A program made the translations under genes and the position numbers. A stretch of 64,000 bases of DNA from Paraspadella gotoi (Eukaryota; Animalia; Chaetognatha): positions 14,085,037-14,149,036 of the forward strand of contig CM119268.1 in NCBI GenBank assembly GCA_051294375.1, read 5' to 3'. Below are positions 26,291 to 38,597 of this stretch, piece after piece. The notes under the pieces were generated by a model, which saw only the letters and a list, made by a program, of their open reading frames with translations, was not told the origin of the DNA and did not search any database. Within the stretch, counting starts at the first letter, position 1. Each line of letters starts with the position of its first letter.

Positions 26291-29200
26291 ATGGGTTGCG
26301 CCATCTCGAGCGAAGATAAGGCGGCGGCCGAGCGGAACCGCGCCATCGACCGCCAGCTCCGTCTCGATCACGAGAGAGCTTCGCGGGAGGTCAAACTGCT
26401 TCTCCTCGGAGCCGGAGAGTCTGGGAAGAGCACAATCGTCCGACAAGTAAGATGATTCAAGAAATGTGGTTTTTGGATTCAGTTTGAGTGTATTCCCGCT
26501 TCAACCTTCTTTCCTTCAGATGAAAATTATTCATGAACAAGGCTACACCCCAGATGAGTGCCAGACTTACAGGCCAGTGGTGTTCTCCAACACGGTACAG
26601 TCTATGATCGCCATCATTAAAGCCATGGGCCAACTCCGGATTACCTTCGGAGACGCCAACCGCGCCGAGGATGCAAGACAGGTTCGTAATGCGATGTTTA
26701 ACAAGTTTGTGTAGCGGTAGTAATTAATTGCCCCTTAATTAGTTATTCGTTCTCGCGGCTGCCGCGGAAGAAGGACAAATGCCCCCGGAACTGTCGTCCT
26801 GCATGAAGCAACTGTGGTCAGACGTCGGAGTGCAAGAGTGCTTTCGAAGATCGCGGGAGTACCAACTCAACGATTCGGCCCCGTATTATCTTAACGCTCT
26901 CGAAAGGTAAGTAATTCGTTTGGTTTTTAGCATGATATTCTTACAGAAAATTCCGACTCAATAATCCACTTTGTCGGTCCTACCTCAAAATATTTTTGGT
27001 AAGTTACCTACATCATCTCAGAATATCGAAATATGATAAATTCGTAGTAGATCGGTTCCATCTCGATTCCATCGATGTCCATATGAATTCTTCTCCAGCA
27101 AATTATGCAAAAAAAATGATGTCCGTCTGTCCGTCCCCCGTTAGCTTTGAACGCCAATTACTCATGAGTGAATGGGTCGATTGACTTGAAATTTTGTATG
27201 TGTATTTTGTATGTCCAATTGGAAATGAGTTAAAATTGCAAAAAAAAACTATTTGATTATGCTTTTTTATTTTTATATTGAATGTAAATTCACGCTACAT
27301 TAATTAATTATTAATAAATTCGTAATTTATTAATTATTTTGTAATTAATTTTGTGATCGATATTATTGTATTGTGAATGAGACGCGAGACAAAGTGGAAA
27401 ACGATTTTGTTGTGAAAAAAGGAAATATTATTTAATTAATTAATTATGATCGTGGGCAGAACCGGCATCGTTTGCTCAAACTTGTTCTTATTAATATTAT
27501 CTTCAAATTTTTGAATTCGCTGATTTTACTTTTGCAACTCAATTGCAAGCAGAGAAAGATCCAAAAAATTTATTTAATAAAACGTAAACAGAATCGAAAT
27601 TATGTTAAATGGTTCATAATATTATAAGTTATGATAGATGATGATGACAGTAAAAGAGTAACGAGGGCATTTTTTGAGTTTGTTATTGTCTCAGGAAGGA
27701 GTTAGGTTAAAATACGTAGTCGATTCGACGGTCATTTTTTCGGTCCTCCATTGCCTTTTTGTTTCGTTTTCTCCCCGTGAAAGCCTGGTGAATTTAAAAA
27801 AAATTAATATAAAAATGGTGTTAAATTCTATAATATTGTTGACCTGAGATAGTTTCTTAAGTTTTATTCGAAGGACGTCCAACAAGAGTTCGACCAGTTC
27901 GGCCATTGTTAGAGCTGAAACTCCGACACAAAGTCCCAGATATCCGCCTAAATTATAGATTCACACTTTTGCATTTTGTTGAAAGCCCTGGGATTGAAAT
28001 ATGTAGCTCACCGATCGTCGCTAAGGGATCCCAGATGTTATATTTGTAATTTTCCTCGATGAGTGTGTGTTGTGGGGCCATGACTAGGATCTCAATGTGA
28101 CGAGGACTCATTTCCAAGTCGAGCTGATTCGCCATCGTCGCGTATTTGATCATGTGGCACGGAGCTTTGCATTCATTTCTGCACTTACGTCCTTACGAAA
28201 ATGTCAAGGGTATTAAATTTTAAATCCGGAATCCACTTAGTGAAAATTTGAAATCTTACCCAGCTGGATAATCGTGTCCAGTTCTGAATAAAGATAGCTC
28301 TCGTTGCACGGAGGCATGTTTTTCGCTGCGTTGTGTTTGATGTGGGCGCTTCCGAAAGCTAGGTCAGTACAGTTGTACCTTTGATGTTAATCTCATATTT
28401 AATTAATTACTTTCCATGATAATACCACATCGTTGCAATCTAGGCTCTTTGTGCGTCACCTGTTAGCTATGGCGTCGGAAAAGCAGATGATGCCGCATCT
28501 CATGCTAGAGTAGCGTACATGACGTGGAGATTGACATCGTTCGAGGAGGGTTTCTCGTTTTTCGTAGTCGCGTCCGATGATTTGACTCAATTCTTTCGTC
28601 CTGTTTACGTTGGCTTCATCGGGAAAGTTGAGATAATCCAGGTCGGCCGGATATTCGGATATGCAGTGGGAAGTTTTCGGGTGGTCCCTTACTCGGCAAA
28701 TTTCCTCAATGTCTTTAATCTGAATGACGAGCCTGGGTTGGGAAAGTAGTTTAAAACCTACTGTAGTTAACATCCAAACATGTGATAATGTGATAATCTA
28801 ATGTCCAATCGCGAATGACACAAAACAATCTTTACGGTTTTCCATTTCTCACTGGATAAAATGTTTTGAACTTTTTTTGTTTTAATTAATCGATTACCAG
28901 GAGCTGGACGTCTTTTTATAATAATAAATAATAATTTTATATATGATACTAATAGGCTTTATTGGCTTTATTTACCGATAACCTTATTTACCAATAAATT
29001 AAAGGTATGATAAAGATTTTTTTTGGTCTCTTTCCCGTTTAGACTCGGGGTAGAATTAGCTTACGATGTCTTGTCCGCTGGAAAAAAGTGAAATTCATGC
29101 CAATAATTTCCCGGATCTTCTGTTTCGTGATGGACGAGTAGCCAAAAGCTGTTTTTGTTTTTGAAGTGAAGTTTTGAGGAAAGGATTTTTTATTATTCAA

Positions 29201-32200
29201 AATAAAAAGGGGTGAAACCTTGTTTTGTTGCTTTTGGGAAAGGAATCTGCTTCCCTCGCGGATTCGTCCTCAATTTCTAAATCGAGAACATTCCATGGAA
29301 TAGCTTCTTCGATTGTGAAGCAGGTGTAAACTTCGCTGAGCAAGCCAACCCCAGCTCCTGTCGAACGATTATTGATGATTCTCTCTCTCGCTTGCTGTCT
29401 CTCTTGTGTGCTTTTAACAGGCAATAATACTTTAAAAAATTGAAACTGAATGGCTTTTCACCACACTTTATAACCATCGATTATTTATTTATTCACTATC
29501 TTGTATTATTTACCAGTTATTCTTCGAACGGTCCAACTGTCGTAATTTTCAGGAATTTTGAAGTATTTTTCAAAAGTTAACAACCATTCGCTGTAGAGAG
29601 TGCTGTTGTAATTGTTTATCATTCGCAGTTCTGAAATAATGTTCTTCCAATCGATTGCCGTCAGGCCATTTTCCAATTCTCTAAGCATGCCGAAATAACA
29701 TTTTTAATCTCAAAAGATGCTCTCTTACCGTGCTTCACTTTTTACCTATCCAGGTAAATTTTCATGGCCTTAATATGTTTGGATGGCACTTCGGGATGTT
29801 TCCCTTCATCCGTGTTCATGATGCTTGTCCGATTTAATATCGGAAACCCAACGGTCGTCAGTTGAGCTCGTACCGGACATATGGTCATCGCCGTCCCTTA
29901 ATTATGGGTTTTAGTTTCTACAAGTCCCCTGTATAGTTAGGTCATCATAGATGATTGATAATCTTACCTTCTACCAGTCCGGTATTATGTCTTTCCTGTA
30001 GTTTTATTGAAGCTTGCGTTGGATAGTTATAGTAATCGACTGTGACCTAAATTGTTTGAATTTTACCTCGGTCTAATGATGAATTATGGTTTTCAAATTT
30101 AAATAATAAATAGGAAATTAGGTTCACCGAAAAAATCGTTTTGAGGACGACAATGTACATGGCGATCGTAGAGATGAACCAGGCTATGCGCTTGAGCCTG
30201 CATTCGCTGCGAAACATTCGGCCAACGCCGTGGGCGGTCGTTGACATGAGAAAGGTTTTGCAGAGATTCTCCACAACGTGACCATCGTCGGTCCGCGGGG
30301 AGGGTGGCTGACCATCTGAGCAGTGGGGTTCGTCGTCCGACTCCGTCATCTCGGTTGCCTTGCTTATTGATGGAGTTGACACTGTAGAGTTCGAAAAATA
30401 TTGGCCGATATGCATGGTTTTATGTTTTATTTATGATTTATCCATTTCGAAATAAATTAACAAAATAATTTGTAAAATAATCTACATAAATATTTACCAA
30501 TACGAGAAAATAATCTTTTTAAAAATCAGAAAGGTAAGGAAATTTTTGAATAAATTAGACGTCAATTTTTCTTTTAAATTGCACCTTATGTTGAGAATAT
30601 TATGTTCAATATTTTATATAATATATAGTTTAAATACTACACATACGAAATAGCGAATAATCGATTTTTTTAAAGCCAACTCGCAATTATTTTTTTGACG
30701 CTGTAAAACAAAATTTTATCCGGGATAGCCAATATTTCAATTTCTGCTTGTAAATGAAATTAGATGTTTTTTGTGAAAAAAATATTTTTAACAAATTCGC
30801 GCCTATCGAATTAATGGCATTAACTCCGGGATTCACAGATGGCTCGTTTGACGAGCGGAAGAGCTGCGGAGTTTGTCGCGCGAGGGCGTTTTCTTTTTTT
30901 TTTTCGAGCAAAGGGAGCAAAGGGGAAGAGAATCGCGCGGAGAGAGAACGAGGTCGGGGAATATCGTTCTCCTTCGCGCGCGAGAGAGAGCTCGTGAATT
31001 CTACCCTGGCTCTTAATGTAAATATGAAGTTTCATCTTCTTTTGTGAATGTTTTGGGAAAAAATAGGGAGTTTGACATTCGATTATCGAACTGATAACGC
31101 TTGTTTTTGTTAGAAAATTAGCTCTTGTCACTTCATTGAAAAATGAGCGAAAAGTTGGGAATAAGGGGAGGGTTGCGTATGATTAGACTTCTGGATATTT
31201 CCCTAGTTCCAAACAAACATCTGCCTTTTTTCCTTTTTTTTATTACGTTGGATTTATCTTTCTCATTAAGCCATTTCATTTTGTTTGAAGCTTGAAAAAT
31301 ATCAAAACCGATTATCATAATGCATATAAGCCATTTTGAGATAACCGAATCAGATTCCAAAATCTCCACCAATTGCTTGTCAGGATTTCGAGCCCAAGCT
31401 ACGTGCCCACGCAGCAAGATGTCCTCCGAACGAGGGTGAAGACGACGGGAATCATCGAGACGAACTTCACCTTCAAGGATCTCAACTTCAAGATGTTCGA
31501 CGTCGGAGGTCAGAGGAGCGAACGGAAGAAGTGGATCCACTGTTTCGAAGGTCTTGTCTCGTCTTCCTCTTGCTTGCTCGTTTGGTCACCATTGCTACGT
31601 ATGCAATGCTTGAATTTCTGCCATGTTTTTTTTATTTCAGGCGTCACATCGATTATTTTCTGCGTAGCGTTGAGCGCCTACGACTTGATGTTGGCGGAAG
31701 ACGAAGAAATGAACAGGTGCTTACAAAAAAAAGTATCGCTTTTTGTTTCCGTCTAACGACTTTTTCTCGGCCAAGGAGCGCGCAATTAACGCGGTAGTTT
31801 TGGTCTAACTTGGCTTTTCTCTCGAGTCTTTAATTCTCCGCCAGATGGTAACCATTAAATTTAAAATTCGTAGATTTCTTATTCTTCCCTCCCTCCTTTT
31901 CCTTAATAATCCATTTTCTCTATTAACCTTACCCCCCTTCTCCGCTATTGTCATATTTTTATAATTACCCTCATAACCGCGGGTTAACTTAATGGAAAAA
32001 AAAATTGGGCTAAATTGGTCCTTGAATTTGGATCCGGGAAGAAATTAGCGAGAATGACTCAAAAACCGGAAGCGAGGGAGGCGGAAATTCGGCTCCATCT
32101 CGACCTCGGTTATTTGGACGATAAATAATTAATTAGGGGAGCGAGCAGTATTTTCTTTGGGTGGAATCGGAACCATTCCGTGTCTCTCAGGGTTCCTCTT

Positions 32201-33015
32201 AAACCCTTTCCCTCAATATTTTTCTCAGTCGTCACTCGTCAGAATTTCGAGGACGGAACAGTTTTGATACTTTTGAACTTCGAAGTCAAGATTTTTGACG
32301 GAGGGGGATTTGGTTTTGACGCCTTTTAGACGTTTTCTCCCAATCCCAAGAGAGTCGAGGGAAGGCGTAATTTTTCTCTATTTAGTTGAGAGTGCCCTGT
32401 TTAATGTTTTTTTCAGACACCGATATATATTAATTTTTTTTTATGAAAACAATGAAGTCTTTTTTCCCCGTAAATATACAGAATGCACGAGAGTCTTCGA
32501 CTTTTTGATTCGATCTGCAACAACAAATGGTTCACCAACACCTCCATCATCCTTTTTCTTAACAAGAAGGATCTTTTTTCCGAAAAGATCCGTTCGTCGC
32601 CGCTCACTGTTTGCTTTCCCGATTTCTCCGGTACATAATCTTTGATTTTTGTGAAGTGATGCGTCATGAAAGAATGACATTCATTATCATTCAAAATCAT
32701 TCAAATTCCTGAATGATTTGTTATTAATTTTGTCGTCGTCTCGTAAAGGACCGAACACGTACGAGGATGCCTCTGATCATATCCGACTCAAGTTCGAGGA
32801 CCTTAACCGAAGGAAGGACACCAAAGAAATTTACACTCATTTCACCTGTGCCACTGATACGTCCAACATTGAGGTGGGTCGCACAATCCGTGTTCTTCGG
32901 ATTTTTTTTGGGTCAGTTTGTACTAATCATTAACTTTATTCTACTGTAGTTCGTATTCGACGCCGTGACGGATGTCATCATTCGGAATAACCTTCGCGAC
33001 TGTGGCCTATTTTAA
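26291..33015 (+). CDS. GNAI: Heterotrimeric G protein alpha-i subunit, 8 exons, 354 aa
   Basis: Exons 26291-26446, 26520-26681, 26743-26906, 31384-31550, 31641-31716, 32482-32630, 32749-32873, 32950-33015 sum to 1065 nt. MGC N-terminus, [39 protein letters not shown]-terminal NLRDCGLF. Confidence 0.97.
26945..27487 (+). mobile_element. Helitron/DINE-like element copy in G-alpha-i intron 3
   Basis: attccgact..cactttgtcggtcc head, gtccgtctgtccgtc core, tttgctcaaacttgtt tail. Confidence 0.55.
27691..30415 (-). CDS. DEG/ENaC (amiloride-sensitive channel family) subunit, multi-exon, nested antisense in G-alpha-i intron 3
   Basis: N-terminal [13 protein letters not shown] motif plus TM1, YYNYPT, TAMTICP (PAVTIC-like), YTCFTI, Cys-rich thumb ([10 protein letters not shown]..; CRNECKAPC), and TM2 LATIG|[19 protein letters not shown] with G-V-S filter. 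Start is at 30415 or 30349; the exact 3' end is uncertain. Confidence 0.88.
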
Positions 33016-36000
33016 CGTCTCCTCCCCTTCCCTTACTCATTCACAAGCAATGACTTAAATCCAAATGGCCTTCCCCCCCCCCCGACCTCCCGACTTCCCG
33101 ACCTCCCAACCCTGCGATTTAAAGGCGAAGCGAATGTCGCGTTGAAAACTTCGACGATAATCACACCGAATCACAAAACGGATTTTTATCCTTTCTGATA
33201 GGTAGCAGTACTTTATATTTTTTATTTTATTGGTTCTTAGTTTTCGTTAAGAAATGTAATACATGGTAAAGTATTGATTGGATGTTTTTTAACTCATTGT
33301 GAAAGCTTTTATACATCAAACCGTGTTCGTAAGCCTTAATAAAGATTATTTGCACTCATTTTCTTCGTTTTCGTTAAAAAATAATAACTAAATTTTCTGC
33401 ACAAGATGTTTGTTGCATACGAAAAATATTTCAAAATGTAATATTTTAGAGAAACAATACATATCTAACATTAATTGCCATGATAAAATGTTTTTAAATT
33501 CTCTTCTCTGGATAATACTCAAAAAACCTGCTTTATCCAGCGTAGCTGTTTTCTATTAAATATTTTCTACGTTTTGTACAGTTGTGTCGGTGATATTTTG
33601 ATGATTAAAGCGCAATGTAGTTATAGTCCATTATGTCCCCTTTTTTTTGGAAATGAAATCGATAAAATGTAATACTTTCGCATTATTTCAATTTGGTGCA
33701 CGCTATCTTTTATCTAACGTGGCAAACTCGAGGGACAAAAAAAATGTTTAGCCGCAATATTTTTTTTACTTTACTACTTTGAACTAACTACTCGAATGCA
33801 CACGTTGATACTTTTGACCGGGCAGCTTCATAACGCTTGTTATCAATATTTTCTTAACAGTTATATAATAAAGTTGAAATCATATTGTTTTTATTCCATT
33901 GTTAATAAACCGCCTCGTTTAGAAGGTGCAGCAAGTGTTCAATCCAGTTTCCTTAGAGAAAAAAAGAGAAATGTTGTTTATATTTAATATTTTTATAATA
34001 AAACAATCGTCTTTAAATGGTTTTTTTTATCCATTTGTGACAGCGCTTCCTGAAATAATTTTGAATCTTGATTCGCGCTCTTTGTCCTCACAGACAACAC
34101 ACAGAAAAAGCGCAGAAAGAAAAAGGATCGCATTTCCTTTGCCAGGGTCGTAAAGTTGGAAAAGATGAAAGTCATGCTTATGTCATTGTACTGTTAGGGT
34201 TAGAAAAGCAAACCAGTTTTGACTGAATACATTCTTGTTGCTGTTGTGTAGAAACGTCAAGTTTACGTACTCCGGGTCCTTTTTATTTCTGGATCAAATT
34301 AAATGGTCATGATGAAAAGCATTTTGAATTTGAGCATGAGAAAAAGCGCAGGTGGGTGAAACGAGCGTGACCATTGGCAGGCTTTGAACCGGTAACTGCT
34401 AACTGAAGGTATTCACTGGTTGGCCCAACATGGAATTAAAAAGAACACATTTCGGTTTATTTTTCTTGGCTTTTTCCATCGCTTCAACAACGACTGTGGA
34501 TCAAGTTTCGTCGATCAGTCAGGTATTCCACCCGCGGGTCCGGCACTCAATGTTATAGATGGTGTCATGTTAGTTATATTTAATATTACAGTATTGCATT
34601 ATGTTCACCCCGCCTGTAACCATGTCACCTTCGGTCGGGAACCGGTGGCTCATTGAGTTGTACCATCAGCCAATGACCATATGCTCCCGGGATCGATCCC
34701 CAATGGAAGATGGATGGAAGCCTGAGGACGGCCGTTACCAGCCTTGGGACCCGTTTCAATGCTGCTGAGGAGGCTCAGAAGATACGGATAGTCTTCAGCC
34801 CACTTAGCGCCTTACCCACAGATAGACCCGGAGCATACGGGCGATATTCTGGCGATATACCTTCCAGCTCGTACCAATGGCTGAGTACCAACCGAGATTT
34901 CCGCATTCTATTCCCTCACGGTGAAAGTGTGATATTATCAGTAAAAACACTCTGTGACATGCGGTGGTCAATTGCCTTGAGAGCCAGCTGTCGATGAGAT
35001 TCATCATAGACGTCTCCTTAATTGTCATATGTGGTTTTGTGACCTTAAAGAGGGAGGTAAAGTAAGGTTAGGTTGAAAGTAAGGTCAAAGGTTTGACCGA
35101 GGTTGCATGTTATAGTTGTTCGTCCACAGTTTACTCTTTTAATCTTTATGACATTCGTCAATGCCGATAACCAATTTGTCAAGGCTTCTGATGTACGGAT
35201 GCCATCCCAGTGTTTTAAAAATGAATGCACGGCGGAGCCTGTCTGTGAGAGCGTCTGGTGGATTATGTCTTTTACGACTTTCCCTTGTTCGTTGAACGCG
35301 TTTAGAAAATTAGACGCGCTTAAGGCCTAGGACCTTGGGGGTCGAAATTATTTTTTCAACTATAATTTATTATATTTCTTTGTTTTCGAAATATTATCTC
35401 TTAAAATTTTTATTCATGAAAGTTTTATCTTCTCTCCTAAAATCCAAAACAAAAGATTTTTTAAAAGTTTATTTTTTTTTAATCATTCATACATTCGTGC
35501 AATTGAAAGATGGTTTTTCATAGAAATATTTTTGTTTCTTAATATTTATGATAAAAATATGGGCGACTTATATTTTCATTCACAATCTGATTTGCGCAGA
35601 CGAAGGCTAACTCATAGCTCAATATGTCCGTATTTCATATAATTATAAAATAACAAACTTTTAGTTTTGCCGCGAGCAACTCTATAACTCTCTTTTCGTG
35701 CTATTGTATCGTCTTTTATAATATTTATAACTCGGGTAATATCATCTCAATTAAGTTTATATTTGGTAGGAAGGTACATAGAGACCATAAGACATAAGAC
35801 CTTAAATGTGCATATGTATCATACTTAATCAGTTATATGATTATTTGAAAAAGCGATTATTTGACCAGAAATTTAATGTTGTATAATTTATAAAATACCG
35901 AGTCATTTAATTAACATTTGGCAGATTAAGAGTAAGATATTAGTCAAATCTTTTTATGCATAAGGATCATAATATTTATGTTGCAATGTGACCATGGAGA

Positions 36001-36656
36001 AATATGGTTACGTGTTCACAAAATAAATACGGTATATTTTGTGTAAAATTTGCTTGTTTTAGCCGAAACTTTGCAGATAAGTGACCAATATAGGACGTTT
36101 GTTATATATAATTATGTACGTAGTAACATTATCACCTTGAAATACACATACGAAAGTCACTGCTGCGTAACACATTGAAATTACCGTTGTTGTTTTTTGT
36201 AGTTGTAACGAGTACTCGCAGCGTAATTACGTAAAAAAGGGAAAAACGAAACTAAGATAGGGCTGCGCGAGGTAGAAATTGGGGAAAATTCAGCGTGATA
36301 GAACAAACAGATTGCACACAAGTTAGAACGTATTTCAGAGACTCACTCTTTCTCTCGTTTGGAGAAAAAACAAATTAATTAGGTGGGTTTGACGACAATG
36401 GGACGGATTAATTGGAACCGCGTCCTGTTAGCTCCCATGTGGCTTTATACGTTTGTTTGAGAGGATGTACATAAGTCAACCGTCTAATTTTCACGAGAAT
36501 GAGACGAAACGTTTTAACAGAAGACTTGCGAAAAACGCACGTCACAAACGTAACTGATTAATTTTACGATGAAAACTTTTTTTTACTTGTTAGACAATCG
36601 ACAATCAGACAATTAGATAGCTCTTAATACGCACATAAAAAATTAACAACTACCAG

Positions 36657-37080
36657 TTTCCGGTCTCGTGGTCGCCGGCGCCTTTCCCTGGATGGCCAGC
36701 GTTCAGAATCATCTCTTCGGCGACGACTCTCATCATTGCGGCGGCGCCATCATCTCTGCCGCCCACTGTTTCCGATAGTCAATATTTTTTTGTCAGTTTA
36801 TTTGTTTAATTTGTTGTTGTTTATTTCAAGAGGTTTAAACGGAATTAATACTGAATTTACGAACGCCAATTCTTGTTCGTCGAGCTCCGATCTTTACCGC
36901 GTCCTCGTCGGCACCAACAGCCTCGTCGAGGGCAGCGGGCAGAAGCATCATTCGATCGATAACCTCACTCACTCACTCGCTCACCCACCAACCAACCATT
37001 CCCAGATTACGGCCCAAATGAAGCCGGGAGTCTACTCCTCTGTCGCCGCCGATCTGATGTGGCTACGAGACGATCAAGGG
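36657..37080 (+). pseudogene. Internally deleted trypsin-like (S1) serine protease remnant
   Basis: GAFPWMASVQ..HHCGGAIISAAHCF* (His motif with the WVLT segment lost), YRVLVG, then directly the C-terminal KPGVYSSV..LMWL. No Asp or GDSGG segments. Confidence 0.7.
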
Positions 37081-37419
37081 TTTTGTATGCAGAAAATTAT
37101 TTGTAATATTTTATGTACTTAATATAATTTACATTTCTAATCATATACATCGACGAAATATACAGCGAACTGTACAATTATTTGTACATAAAAAGATAAT
37201 ACCGATAAATATTAGAAGCCACGCATAAAATTGATTATAAAAGGGCAGGGATCTTTTGGATAACTCTATTGTTACGTCTAAAAATTTTAATAAAATTGAA
37301 ATTCAGCGGTAGCTTGCAATAACGACAAGAATCTTGTGCTCGAAACAGTTCTGAAAGTGTATTGAATTTTGAATAGTCAAGAAACGAAGGGATTTAACAC
37401 CTAAACACCTTACGCCTTC

Positions 37420-38572
<1,153 letters not shown>

Positions 38573-38597
38573 NNNNNNNNNNNNNNNNNNNNNNNNN
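38573..38597. other. Scaffold gap (25 N)
   Basis: Run of N. Confidence 1.

Noticed and set aside
35135-35200. LVIGIDECHK (minus strand) as a DExH helicase Walker B or integrase zinc-finger fragment
   Set aside because: Isolated, followed by a stop, and with no other helicase or integrase motifs.
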